64,000 nt of DNA. It comes from Moniliella sp. 'wahieum' (taxonomy: Eukaryota). Positions 24,645 to 38,659 of the stretch are shown piece by piece. The stretch spans positions 248,001 through 312,000 of the forward strand of contig RSEE01000057.1 of NCBI GenBank assembly GCA_003971905.1, read 5' to 3'. The translations under genes were made by a program, and so were the position numbers. The notes below the pieces were generated by a model. That model saw only the letters and a list, made by a program, of their open reading frames with translations, was not told where the DNA came from and did not search any database. Position 1 is the stretch's first letter, and each line of letters opens with the position of its first letter.

Positions 24645-24910
24645 GGCCTTGAAGCTTGAAGTTGAGATACTGAGATGTGAGTGGCATATGATAGCACAAA
24701 AGGCCTACAGTATGATAGCTATAGGGTAGCCGCGCCATACTGGGGATGAGATCTGAGATCGATGATCGATGACTGAGTGTTTGGCCAGGTTGCGAGACTG
24801 CGGAGTTCACATAGGTTCACACACATTCAAGTTCACAGTTAGGTAACGCACACTAAAATGCAGCTATTCGTATTGTGACTAGTGACTACTAGTGTCAAGC
24901 TTCAAGTGAC
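24645..24910. repeat. 7-bp TNA+palindrome lattice cluster
   Basis: TGA-AGCT-TGA, TGA-GATC-TGA, TGA-TCGA-TGA, TGA-CTAG-TGA and TCA-AGCT-TCA within 270 bp. Confidence 0.85.
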
Positions 24911-25029
24911 GATAGTAAGTAGTGATTAGATCGAGTAGGGGCCGAGGAAGCCGGTGACATGAAGGTGCCACCACACTATGATATCAGAGGAGGCCTGCTG
25001 CCGAGACGGCCCGAGATGTATCTATCGAG

Positions 25030-25770
25030 TATATCTCTCATCCTTTTCGCCTACCGTCACCATCAGCAATATACTATACTAGGCTCGCTCTTCCACCCTT
25101 TTTGCTCTCTGAAGTGATGGACGATATTTCCGCGCACATATACTACGGCCAACCCTCCACCTCATGCCTTGCAGCTTTCTCTCTGCAACTATACGGGCGC
25201 AATATTCAACACCTGTGGCGAGACGTTTTAATCCAATAACTATGAGTGTGGAGAGACGAAACATCATATGTTGGACCACACGCTGCGCGACACGGGAACG
25301 CAAGAGGCGCAGAGCGCGTACCGGCGGGTGGCGCACGAGAGCACTGCGTCGCCTTTTGAACGCCGCGAGAAGGAGCTGATTCGGCTGCTTGAACAAGCAG
25401 AATGCGACAAGAACGCCAAATACCAGGACGCACTCAAGAGCCGTTTTTCCCCTGGTTTTGACGACGCGATGATACTACGGCACCAAACAGCGGGCAAGAT
25501 ATTTGCGCATTGGCAGGATTTGGCTACTGAGTCTCAATGGAAATGGTTCCTCGCTCGGATGTCTACCACGTTCATCCGTGTCCACACGCGCTTCCTAGGG
25601 TACGGGACTGAATGACGACCACCGGAGGGTCCTGATATCCTGGCGACCCCCCTGGTTCCTTAACCTTGGTCGCGCTTCTAAGTAACCCCGCAAAATGAAC
25701 GGTTCGATTAGACGTAGCGTTCCCCCTGTCCCAGCCTTAAGCTCTGTCAATGATATGGATTCAATAGTAG
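25030..25770 (+). mobile_element. Decayed 3' part of a CRE/Cnl1-like non-LTR retrotransposon (family 1, copy A)
   Basis: Zn-knuckle relic NTCGETF*SNNYECG, then LLEQAECDKNAKY..RFSP..TAGKIFAHWQ..SQWKWFLARMSTTFIRVHTRF, the C-terminal pattern of REL-endonuclease elements. The 3' end CCTTAAGCTCTGTCAATGAT is shared with 3 other loci. Confidence 0.7.
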
Positions 25771-26499
25771 TTTTACCCACAAAGGTTTGTTGACTGTGAA
25801 CCTGTTATTGATATTCTGTGCCCTTTTTCTTTTCTGCCCCCCGCCCTTGTTCCATACGTATTCAGCCCACTATTAAGGCATGCTCCCACACATAATCATC
25901 TCAGCACCTACGTTCTGGTGGCCTGCTGGGCCAACCCCCCAATGGTCGTCTCTTATAATGAGGTTTTCAGTACCCCTAAACTGACTCGCTCTCGATCCCG
26001 GACATTTTTTGCTTTCGGCCGGGGTTAGGGTTAGTAACATCGCTTATATACACTCTCAGGTCGTTATATATCCTTTGGTACGTCAAGTACAGTCGCACTT
26101 CACGATTTTGAATCCGCTCTCTAATCCCCACAGAGGCTTACAAAACGCGTACAACCCTCTCCCACATTAGTAACTCTCTTATAGAGTTAGAGACCCCTCT
26201 TCCCCCCCACCACTGGACTGCAGCCACATCACACATTAAAAGGTCAACAGCTATTAAAAGCCCCGGTTAACCTCACCGTATAATAACATGCGAACTGAAC
26301 TATAGTTTGTTTGCTCTTCACCCTTTCGTCCTTCACCATACAGTATCGCTTCGGACCCTTATCATTACTTGTTTGCCCTATTTTGTTTTGTGACGGGCCG
26401 GAGATGCAAACAACGAATTCTCATAGTATTTACAGAACTTCAACTATAATCAGGACAAAGAACACTGCGCTTATCGCGCCAAAACCCAATTAGGAGTGC

Positions 26500-26880
26500 A
26501 GTGGTAACAGGAGATGGAAATGGGGGAAAGGGCAAGGATCATTCATCGAATGGAAAGGAAACGAGGTATATATGCCTCGGAGAGAAGAAGAGAACATGCG
26601 AGCTAAATCACATGGAGGGAAAGAGGGAGCACAATCCAAAGGGGGGGAAACAGAGTCTAGAATAAATCAAGGGGGCAGACAACTTGGTGACAAAAACGTG
26701 ATCAAGTGAGTCTGATCCCGACAAGTGGAATGGTCAAGAGAACAGGTTGGGTTACAGGACACCCACGTCCACAAAGAGCCTACTGTGGAGGAGAAGAGGA
26801 TGGGACGAGGGGCGGGAGGAAGGGATTGCGGACTTGCTACCGCGTGATGTCGCCTAGGGCAATCGGAGGATCAGGAATGG
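26500..26880 (-). mobile_element. Decayed CRE-like 3' end (family 2)
   Basis: Minus-strand RPILFSSTVG-like relic, and DNA similarity of 26570-26730 to 52300-52500 (CATGCGAGCTA..TCACA, CAACTT..GTGACAA). Confidence 0.45.
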
Positions 26881-27390
26881 AGGTGGACCACCGGCTGCGC
26901 GACTACTCAGCAGGCACAAACCGTGCACCTAAGGTGTATAGGTACATGAGAGCACCCCGACGCCTTTGGAACGCCAGAGAAGTAGGAGTTGCTTCGGCTG
27001 CTGGAACAAGCAGAATGCGACTAGAACGCCAAGTACCATGGATGCACCCTAGAATCGTTTTCTCCCCTGGCATTGACGATGCAAGGATACTACAGCACCA
27101 AGACAGGGGGCAAGATTTTGGGAACTGGAAGGATTTGACTACTGAATCTCAATGAGAGATGGTGCCTCGCTCGGATGTCTACTACGTTCATCGTATCCAC
27201 ACGCATTTCCTCTGATAAACGGATGGTGGGAACCAGCGGTTACTGAGGTCCTGGCAATTCTCCTGGTTCCTTAACCGGGGCTGGCGCTAACAAGTAGCAC
27301 ACGCAGGATGAACGGGTTGATTTAGGCGCAGCGTTTCTTTGGCCCACAGCCTTAAGCTCTGTCAATGATCATTATGGTTGCAGTATAGGA
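26880..27390 (+). mobile_element. Decayed CRE-like 3' part (family 1, copy B)
   Basis: Clearly alignable to ~25270-25770 (e.g. TTCGGCTGCT.GAACAAGCAGAATGCGAC, CCTCGCTCGGATGTCTAC, CAGCCTTAAGCTCTGTCAATGAT), with many indels. Confidence 0.75.
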
Positions 27391-28010
27391 TTTTTTTTTT
27401 TGCCGCTTATCTGGCCTGCTGGCGATGGCTTTTGCCTTCTAATTAGATGGGCTCAAGTTGTGGCAAACGTCGGATGGGCGTGCCTGCCGGCCAAGACGTT
27501 TCTCCTGTTCTTATTATTGCGCCCCTGGGTTTTGCCAATTCTCCTCGCTCAACACACTGAGCTTCTACAAACTGGGGTAAATGCAAGACACCTAGATGAA
27601 TATGCGATTTGAACATTGCAGCTGCGGATGCATGATGCATGGCGATGCATGTGATGCATGTGATGCGTGGTGAGATGGATGATGTAATCCATGGTTCTTG
27701 TTCCGTGCAGGTATATTCTACAGCCTGTAAGCACTGAGCAGGTGTGAAGAGGTGTGCAGCCGTCCGCCTGGCACATACCACAAGGAAAAGCCATTTGTTT
27801 CTCTTACCCTCCTGGCGCGGGGGGACCTTCCCTCGTGGGAAACCATGCATACGCTGCGCACACGTTCGGACATCTACTTTGGGTCCAGGGTCTTTTACGC
27901 TAATGGCCCTTGTATATATATCCAAGAACCAGGGAGGGGCATTTGTGTTTCTTCCCCACCACACTGGCGTACCACCTACCATGGTTAACATGCGTTCTTG
28001 GGGTGAAAAA

Positions 28011-29020
28011 ATGACTTCCTCCACAAAGATCCCCCCACCACCATCATCGGGCGGCATCATGGGAGGTCAGCCAAGTGCTGAACCAACGTATGCGCATGCG
28101 GTATGTTCCCACCTCTCTTCCCCTTTCGACACTACATCACTACCTTGACAGAGCTAACCTCAAATGTCAGGATGTCTCGCGATGGGAGTTGCTTTCACTC
28201 ATTGTGAGCATATGTTCAGTTTGATCTTGCTCATTTGTGCAGCTTGCCTGGCGCGTTTCAGCACAAGTGGCTTGGAAGCCCTAGTGGCCTCAGCGGCTTT
28301 CTCATCTTTATCTCGCTTTTTACTTGGCCAGTGTGGGGCATTGCTTGCATTGTCTATTCTCTCCATCCGCAGCACCTCCTCCACTATTCTCAAAGCCGGC
28401 AGTTTCATCCGGCTCACTCGCCCTGGCTTCATCTTCCGCCTCGTCCCTCTTACCCTTGTCGCCATCACCACTCTGGCCCAAACTATTTCGATCGGTACCA
28501 GCAAAGGATGCAAACATCATGGTGATGACCCGCCAAGGTCGCTGACCACGACGCCTACGTCAAGGCTCTGGGTGGCTTTTGTGGATCAAAGGGCGCCGCC
28601 ACAGCGTTTCTGTGGCTATTACTTGGTATGTCTCAACCTCATCCTTTGTACAGGTGCTTCACTGACCTAGCACTTTCAGTATCTATGAGTTGTACTGCCG
28701 TTCTATTTTTCCTTTCTTGGCGTGCCGAGCGGGCGCGAGGAATCATGCGCCTGCGGCACCCGATGATGTGGAGGCGCAGGAACAGGAAAAAACCCTACGA
28801 CGAGCCCGGGGAGGAGTATGAGAAGGAAACAGGTGGCGGATACTATGAATCGAGTTATGCTTTGGATCAATACGAGCCACAAGAAGAAGATGCCGAAGAA
28901 ATGGCCTACTACCGTGCTCGCTATGGCACGGTCACGGCCTCTCCAGCACCACGGGTCCAGTCGTTTGATTATGGTTCCTACCCCGTTCGTGGCGGACGGG
29001 GCATGAACCTGTTGTTTTGA
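28011..29020 (+). CDS. MARVEL-like four-TM membrane protein (two introns, frameshifts)
   Basis: Hydrophobic helices plus the SKGCK..DDP..LGGFCGSKGAATAFLWL loop typical of basidiomycete MARVEL proteins; Tyr/acidic tail. Ends approximate. Confidence 0.55.
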
Positions 29021-29298
29021 CATCAATCCCTCCTCGTCGCCCACATCCGGTCCCTTTCCCCACTTTGAATATTCTCATCGACGATATACCATTGCTTCCA
29101 TGTACAATTGCGCCATGTTTGCCCCCCCCCCCCCCCCGCCATATGCAATTTTACGCTGGACCTACTACTCCCCCCCATGTCGATCATCGATCTTGCGATG
29201 AATCAAAGACTGTATTTGATGGTCGCGATACTCAGGGCTGCTATTGCCAGTCACAACGAGCCGGTGCCGATTCCACATAGGAGCTATTACCACCAAAG

Positions 29299-29372
29299 AA
29301 AAAAATGCCGTTCGTAGGGCTCGAACCCACCACCGTGAGAATGAACCCCAGAAGAGAAATCAGTCACTAACG
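29299..29372 (-). other. tRNA-3'-half-like element with B box and oligo-T terminator
   Basis: GTGGG-TTCGAGC-CCTAC T arm, then GAACGGC-A, then T7. No matching 5' half or D arm found. Confidence 0.4.
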
Positions 29373-30214
29373 TTTTTGTGAGCGCAGCCCACCCTTCCGT
29401 AGCAGGCCGCAGCAGCCGAGTGCTTGCCGGCGCTTGCTTGCCGCTTTCTTGCCGCGCTGCTTGTCAGCTTCGGCATCTGGTGCACAGCCACCGCCTGCCA
29501 CCCCGGCTCGCCCCGCGCCCCTGCGAACCACTGGGGCTCGGCACTCGCCCACAACACTTGCGCCCTGCGGCCAGCCGGTGGCAGCCAAGATTCTAGGGTT
29601 CTCGGCTGTGCCACCCGGCAAGACGCCGTAGCAGATGCGCGGCGGTGGCCTGGGGGGCCTCCACCGCCGCACACTGCCCCTGTGCTGCGCATGGCTGGAT
29701 CATCGACAGCACACCGCTGAGCTGCTGCCATAGAAAGGGCGATGCGAACCAGCCCGGGGGGGCTGAGGCAGAGCACTGGGGCACTCTTGAGCTGCCGGGC
29801 TGCTGCGGTTGGGCCGCTGAAGCCCATCGCTGATCGGCGGGCAGCAGTGTGTGATGAATTAATGGGCAGGCGAGCGCGGCCTGGGGCCCGTGTGAGATCT
29901 GAGATCGAGCATCGGCCAGCGACGCCGCGGCGCACTGCCCCCGCGTGCTGCGCAGCAGGCGCACAGGTGGGTGGCCGAGCTGGCTGAGCGCAACCAGTGC
30001 CGCCGTGTGCTGGGATCGGCGCGCCCGCCCTTATGACGCATGACGTAAGACACTCGTGTGGGTCTGGGGCGCAAGGCAGTGCGCAGCAATTCGCCGCCCA
30101 CCCGCCCCTACGCTCGCCCCCGCCCCAGCCAGGCGGCGGCCGGCGTCCCACCGCGCTCCCCCGAAGCGCCTTCCCCCCCACCTCCACCCCCCCCCCCACC
30201 CACTCCCTCCCGCC

Positions 30215-31860
30215 ATGCTGGCCGCCTTGTTTGCTGCTGCCTCCTTGACCGCTTCGGTCGCCGTGTCCGCTGCGCCCGCTCCAGATGCAGCCCCCCGCCG
30301 CCTCTCGCTGCCGGTCTACAAGTTCGACCGCCACGCCGAACGCCACGCCAAGCGTGGCCAGGCCAGCATTGACGCCACCCTCGCTCACTTCCGCGGCCAG
30401 CAGGCCTACCTCCGCAACAAGTACAGCGGCAAGAATGCCACCTCGACCTCCAAGCGCCAGACCACCGCCCTCACCGATGTTGGCACCGACTCGTACTACT
30501 ATGCCCCCGTGGGCATCGGCACCCCCGCCCAGACTCTGGCCGTAGTGCTTGACACGGGCTCCAGTACGTTGCTTTCCCCGCGCTGTCGTACGTACTGACA
30601 CTCGCATCAGGTGACCTTTGGATCGCCTCCAACGAGTGCACCACCGATGCATGCAGCAGTCTTGCCAAGTTCACCACCTCGGCTTCAAGCACTTTCCAGT
30701 CGTCCAACACGCCCTTCTCTGTCACGTATGGCTCGGGTGCCACCAAGGGTCACCTTGTCTCTGACACCGTCAGTCTTGCTGACTACTCGGTGCAGCACCT
30801 GACGTTTGCCCTTGCTACCGACATGGCCGACGGCACTCTCGATGCGCCAGCGTCGGGCCTGATGGGCCTTGGACTGCAAGAGCTGAGCTCGCTGGCGTGA
30901 CTCCATTCTGGGAGGTCCTTGCCAAACAAAACGTGCTCTCGGCACCAGTGTTTAGCCTCCAGCTTGCTCGTAACACCCGAGCCACCTCCGCCACGTCCCA
31001 GGTGCCTGGTGGCGTGTTTACGCTTGGCGAACTCGACTCGAACCAATACTCGGCAATCAACTGGGTCAGCGTCGACTCTCCATGGTGGAGACTGGCTACT
31101 GGGCGATCCCTCTTGACGCCATGCAGCTCAATGGTGGTAACACGGTTACCTTCACTGGCAAGACGCCATTGCGGATTCGGGCACGTCCCTGATTGGAGCG
31201 CCGTCCCAGGTAGTTTCGCAGCTGTACCAAGCGATTCCCAACTCGCAGCAGTACGGCAATCCAGACCAGGGCATGTACGTTTTCCCTTGCCAGGAAACCG
31301 TCAAGCTTTCATTCACTTCGGCGGCAAGCAGTACATGGTCGACCCCAATGACTTTAATGCCGGTGCCGTTGACAACACGGGCTCCATGTGCCTGGGCGCG
31401 GTGTTCGCTATGGACACGTCTCCTTCGATGCCGAGTTTCATCTGCGGTGACTCGCTTATGAAGTCCTACTTTACTGCATTCAAGCTAGGCCAAAAGGTCA
31501 GGCGCCGCAAGTGGGCTTTGCCAACCTCAAGAACGGCGACTCGGCCAGACGATTGCTACGACCGCGACGTATGTGACGGCGACGGGGGCCTCTGGCGCAG
31601 GGTCTGCTGCTTCTTCTATTAATGTGCCTGGGCCCGGGCTTACCTCGGCGGCGAATGCTGGCGCGACTGGCACACAGGTGTACTGGGGCTCGGGTCTCTC
31701 GTCGCCGGTTGGCTCGGGGTCCAAGGGCGTGGCTTCGGTCCAGACCCAGGCCGGAAGCTCGGCCTCCAAGTCGCCCGCGTCCAGTACGGCCGTGTCGAAG
31801 GTCATCTTGCTTGGCTCTACCCTCCTGGCCTCGGTGGCTGGGATGGCGTGGGTGCTGTAA
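30215..31860 (+). CDS. Secreted, probably GPI-anchored A1 (pepsin-like) aspartic protease
   Basis: Signal peptide; KR propeptide site; YYAPVGIGTPAQ..LDTGSS|DLW (intron 30564-30610); second catalytic DSGTS; FICGDSLMKSYFTAF; Ser/Thr/Gly tail and hydrophobic C-terminus. Confidence 0.9.
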
Positions 31861-32197
31861 CCCCCCCGTTTTGGTCTCACTCATTTCATCAGGAACAGTT
31901 ATCCGTTCATCTCCCCTTTTTTTTCGAACCCTTGACATTTAACCTTGGACCTACTTGGCTCGATCCAGTGTTCTACCCACCTGACATTTGGTGTTGCCCT
32001 TGCCTTTTGACATAGCGTGGTTTACCCTTTCTGAGCTTCTGGCTTTTGCAGCTTGCTTGCTTATACAGGTCTCGCTCTCCAGGTCACCAGCACAGACATC
32101 CCTTGAGTCAATGAACTGAATTTTGGTCGCCGTCAATCGGCGCTAAGCGAAGAGGAAGGAAGTGAGAGTAAAACATGCAGTACATGAGCGAGAGAGT

Positions 32198-33090
32198 TTA
32201 GAGCTCGCCCCCGCAAACGCAGCCTTCTTGGCGGCGATGCGCTCCTTGCGCTGCTCGTAGTGAGCTTAACTTGCTTGAACTTGAGCGACTCCTTCTTCCA
32301 GTGCTCCACGTCCTTCTTCGTAGGCTCAAAGTCGGGGTTCTCCCGGATCTGCTCGTAAGCCTTCTCGTAGATCTCTTCAATGTCATCCGACGAAATGTCA
32401 TCGGCGAGGTAGGAGGCAAAGTGCTTCTTGAAGCGTTCATCGTCCTCCTCCTCAAGCGACTCCATAACTCAGCCACATGACCACCAAAGATGTAGTTACG
32501 GAGCACGTCCGCGTCCAGCTCTTTCTCCTCGGCATCGTAGCCAGGGAAACGCTTGGGCGAGTGGGGCACAAAGACCACCATCCGAAGCACCCTTCATCGC
32601 GGCAAACACGCGCGAACCGGTCGAGGTGCGCTTGAGACCAACGTCAAGGAAAACCTTGAAGGGGCGGGGGGCACCCTCCTCCTCCAGGGCCTCAGTCTCG
32701 GTGAACTCACCATCTGGCTCGGCCACACCCTCGTACTTCTCGTCAAGGCCAAGCTTCTTGAGAGCACGACGGGCTACCAAGAGACCCGTGGCGTAGGCAG
32801 CAGTCCAGTTGGACAAACCGTGGTTGATGCCGTACTTGGGCAGCTCCTTGGAGTGCGCATGGGCAAACACAATGTCGTCGCCTTGAATCTTGGCAGCCAC
32901 AATCTGCACCGTGACGTACTTGTTGGAGAAACGGACAACGAGACGGTACTTGGGCGCATTGTACTTGTTCTTGGCTTGGGTCACCAGGGCCCGACGGCGG
33001 CAAAGTCCGTCTTGCCCTCACGGCGCCGACGGTACTTGACCTGGTACCGGAAAAGTAGGCTGACGTCTTGACTTGCTTGACGAACGCCAT
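32198..33090 (-). CDS. RPL5: 60S ribosomal protein L5 (uL18), intronless, with apparent frameshifts
   Basis: [82 protein letters not shown]. Confidence 0.97.
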
Positions 33091-33394
33091 GGGTGCGGTG
33101 GGAGAAGCTCGTGACGCGGGCTGGGCGGCTACTCCGGCGTCCACCTACCTGCTCGTCTTGGCTGGCTTTCCGATTATCGATTACGGTGCAGGGCTGCCAC
33201 CGCCCAACCCACTCGCGGGCGGACATTAAACTAGGGTTGGGCCCCGGTGGGCGAGGCACGGGGGCGCCCACTTGACCGCTGCGGCCCTCCGCTCGGGTTA
33301 GGGTTGCCCCCTGGCCAGCTTCACCACCCCTGCGTCCAATTGATGGGATAGCAGGACAAAGGGGCCGCGCTGCCGCGCCTTTGACCGACCAAAG
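33091..33394. promoter_or_regulatory. Compact bidirectional promoter of RPL5/RPL15 with two TAGGGTT telobox/Tbf1-like sites
   Basis: Divergent ATGs 304 bp apart; CTAGGGTTG at 33231 and GGGTTAGGGTTG at ~33295. Confidence 0.55.
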
Positions 33395-34003
33395 ATGGGT
33401 GCCTACACTTACCTTCAGACGCTGTACAACAACAAGCAGTCGGATGTGCTGCGTCTGCTGTTCCGGCTGCGCTGCTGGGAGTACCGACAGTTGAACGCGA
33501 TCCACCGCGCCTCGCGCCCCTCGCGTCCGGACAAGGCGCGTCGTCTTGGCTACAAGGCCAAGCAGGGCTACGTCATTTACCGTGTGCGTGTGCGCCGTGG
33601 TAACCGCAAAAAGCCTGTTAGCAAGGGTATCACGTATGGCAAGCCTGTGCACCAGGGTGTCAACCACCTCAAGTACCAGCGCACTCTCCGTTCTACCGCC
33701 GAAGAGCGCGTGGGCAAAAAGTGCGGCAACTTGCGCATCCTCAACTCGTACTGGATCAACCAGGATGGCATCTACAAGTACTACGAGGTGATTGCCGTTG
33801 ACCCCTCGCACAAGGCCATTCGTCGTGACGCACGGATCAACTGGATTGTCGGCCAGAAGCACCGCGAGTCCCGTGGCCTCACCGCGACGGGCAAGAAGTC
33901 CCGTGGCCTGGGCAAGGGCCACCGCTTCAACAAAACTCAACATGGCGGGAAAAACGCTACGATCAAGAAGCGCGACACACTTTCGCTTCGCCGCTACCGT
34001 TAA
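33395..34003 (+). CDS. RPL15: 60S ribosomal protein L15 (eL15), intronless
   Basis: [50 protein letters not shown]. Confidence 0.98.
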   Translation: MGAYTYLQTLYNNKQSDVLRLLFRLRCWEYRQLNAIHRASRPSRPDKARRLGYKAKQGYVIYRVRVRRGNRKKPVSKGITYGKPVHQGVNHLKYQRTLRSTAEERVGKKCGNLRILNSYWINQDGIYKYYEVIAVDPSHKAIRRDARINWIVGQKHRESRGLTATGKKSRGLGKGHRFNKTQHGGKNATIKKRDTLSLRRYR

Positions 34004-35004
34004 ATGGCTATGCGGACTTGGTCCCTTCCCTCGTTGTCTTCCTATGGGCGTGGTCTCCGATCGGCTCCCATTCTTTCCCTGTCGCTTTGCTTTGCCTTCG
34101 TTCGAAGCAGTTCTCAACCCCTGGCATTTTCCTCCCCACATTGCTCTCATCCCTGCCTTCTCTTTGTTCGTCAGCTATCCCATTCTGCCCCTCAAAAATG
34201 GCATCTGCCTTTTCGCATTCTTTTGGTGTGTGCACATCCATATACGATTTTGGTAGTAGTCAGAGATCATAGATGATGGGCTTGAGGGACTTTTTAATCC
34301 ATCGTGACTCTTGCGTGGGGGAAGTAGGTCAGGTGAGCGAGTGTGCCCTTGTGTGCGCCTGATTGGTCTGTCTGAGGCCTGACGTTGAAGTATCACAGTG
34401 CCTACCACGACTCCCTTGCCTTAGGCCTTAGGTTAATGATCGATGCTTTCTGATTGTGGAGGGAGTGGTGCCAATATCCAATGCGCACTTGCATCTGGCA
34501 GCTGGTGAGTGTGGCGGCCCACATATCGGAAGGCTTGATCTCATGCATCATGCACCGCATGCAGAAACTGGCTCTGAAGCTTCACTGAAGGCTCAGCGCG
34601 TCCGAGCCTGCACCTCACCCGATCCTATCTTTCTCCCCCGACGCGATCTCTCCCAGGCCCGTTGCGCAACGAGCGACATGGGACATGCGCAGATGGCATG
34701 GCGGGGCCTAGGGCCAGTGCGCAAGTCGACAGGACGCACACAAGGACATGATGCATGTGCATGAATATGAATGCCCACGATTTGGGCCTGATAGGTCTGA
34801 TACAGCAGGGCACAAAAGGATACAAGATGCAAAAGGATACAGCTGATGGGCTGTGCTGCGCCAAACAGCACGTGGCCATTGGATGATGATCCCTATGGTG
34901 CCACGGTTCCACCTCCTGTGGCTGGCGTGTGGCGAGCGGTGCAGGTGAAACGCGTTTTGCCGTTGTCGAAGGAAACAGCAAGTCGCTCTCACTGGCACTG
35001 GCGA

Positions 35005-35157
35005 CTTGGAAGCTTGGAGCTTGCAGGCTTGAAGCCTGAGTCTGACTAGTGACTAGAGTGAGTGACTTGGGTAGTGACTTCGTGATAGTGGCCGGTGAGC
35101 CCGGTGCCGATGTCGATGACCACATGAGATCGATGATCAATGATCGATGATCGATGA
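35005..35157. repeat. 7-bp TNA+palindrome lattice cluster upstream of UGP1
   Basis: TGA-CTAG-TGA-CTAG (35043) and TCGA-TGA-TCAA-TGA-TCGA-TGA-TCGA-TGA (35130-35157). Confidence 0.85.
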
Positions 35158-35642
35158 CCCCCAGCAACCACACGCCAGCAAGCGAAGACGATGCGCCCGC
35201 AGGTCTACTGGCAGAAGGCCAAGTGGTGGACTTGGTCAAACCCACGGTGGAGATGGTGGGGTTGGCGGGTGCAGTGGGTCACTCTTGGCGTGGTGCTGAT
35301 GGGGCTGATGCGCCGATCCGAAGTATCCAGCCATGCCCCGCATGGCGCCGTGTGCCGCACGTCGCGGATGCCCTGTGCGTGAAGTGGCGGCAGGCACAGC
35401 TCCAGTGTCGGCGCGGGGGGTTTGAAACTTGGTGCGATCGAGCACACGGACAGGCGAGCAGCGCAACCGTTCGTGCGTCTCACACTGCCCCCTCGCCGAC
35501 GCGGTGCCAGATTGCCCGGTGGCTGGGTGCTACGCGAAGTATCCGCCGCCCCCTTAAGACCCCCCCCCCCGGTTGCTCGCACCGCTCTCCCTTTCGCTCC
35601 CTCCCACTGCCATCCGCCTCCCTGCCCTTCCCTCCCTCCACG

Positions 35643-37219
<1,577 letters not shown>

Positions 37220-37659
37220 TTGGCTCCCCCCTTTTTTTCTGGACCCGATACCTCCAGCTTTCCCCCATGTCTCTGTGCTTAATGTGTACTTGCCTTGCCA
37301 ATTGGTCTGTCGACCTCAGCGTATCCAGATTGTCCGCGTAGCTTGTAGCTACGCCCTAGACGTAAGTGGTAACCGGTGGTAAATCGACCTGATGTTATCA
37401 AGTCAATCCGGCCATCGACTGTCACTCATGTCACGGCTGCAGTAATGCCCGGTGGGCAACAGTCTTCATGGGGCGAAGGGTTGCCCCTGCAGTCCCCCCC
37501 GCCGCAAAACGTTAAATGGTAGGGTGTCGACTGTTAGAAGCTTCAAGCTCCAACATGCTAGCAACACCTATGAGTAATCCCTCAAAAACACAAGCTAAGA
37601 TGTTTGTTGATGGCAGCCATCCCCGCACCTTAGGCCACGTGCATGACACGCACTGCTGT

Positions 37660-37885
37660 TCGCTTCAAGCTTCATAGCTTCATCTCGCTTTTCTCCGACC
37701 CCTCCCCACGGCTAAACCGCCGGTAAGGTGTAACAAGTAACGTGTAACCCGGATACCTCCATGCCTTGCACGTTTTGAAGCTCAGGACGCTCAGCTAGCG
37801 CTCAGCCGCTCAGAGCGGATCAGGCTGAGCGGCTCAGGGCGCTGATCGATGATCAGCGAGCGCTCAGTGCCTCAGCTCGGGTCTC
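37660..37885. repeat. 7-bp lattice cluster, GCTCA/TGAGC-rich
   Basis: TCA-AGCT-TCA, repeated CGCTCAG units, TGA-TCGA-TGA, GAGCGCTCA. Confidence 0.75.
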
Positions 37886-38659
37886 ACTCAATGCCGCCCA
37901 GAGTGCTTCCGAGCGACGCTGTAAACTCCGGTATTTGACTAGTTGACTGGTGGAGGTAAGGAAGTGGAGGCTGTGGAGGCAACCCTAGCAACCCTAGTGC
38001 ACAATTTTTGCCGGGATGCCATAGCATTTTTTTCAGCGCACTTGGACGAGCAGGGTATAAAAGGCGTGTGTGGTGGCTCCCTGTCTGCAAACCAAGACCA
38101 TTCTCAGCAGAATCTGTGCATACAGTTATCTTCCGAGTCTGGCCAGCTCTATTTTTGAGCCACAAACTACAGGGCAGAGGATGAATCCTTTGGTTCTTGT
38201 ACGTCTCGCCCTTAAGCAGTGAGGAGCAACGGCCCTTCCCTTCGGGGTCGATGTCGCCTTCCGATGACCTGGCCACCCTCCGTCCCATTACCCGCGTGCT
38301 CGTTTGAGTTGCAGGGGCCGTGAGGCGTGGAGGCGAGATGGCCAAATTCTGATGCCTCCCTGTACGCAATTGTCATCCACATCACAATGTTATCTTACTC
38401 TCAGGTGACCTCTGGTAACTTGCATCGCGGCCAGTATTGACAGACCTTTTAATACCTGCGCCCGATTGGCCAGCGTCAGCGCCTTTGGGAGCACGGGCTA
38501 TCCTCTCTGAAAGTTCCCCACATTCTGTTTATACCTGTCATGCATCATGAGGCACTTGAGGCCTGGTTCCTCCTGTATATAAGCAACCCTGTCTAGATGG
38601 TCAGGCTTGCTAACTGTGGTCCTCATCGACGGTCCTGTTACACCTGTTACACCTGTCCC

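Noticed and set aside
25720..25770. Shared 43-bp motif as an snRNA/snoRNA or a DNA-transposon TIR
   Set aside because: No match to spliceosomal RNAs that I recognise and no paired inverted partner with a TSD. It always lies at the 3' end of variably truncated copies.
29299..29372. Functional tRNA-Met or tRNA-Sec
   Set aside because: The TTCAT loop is only 5 nt, and no D arm or 5' acceptor strand can be folded.
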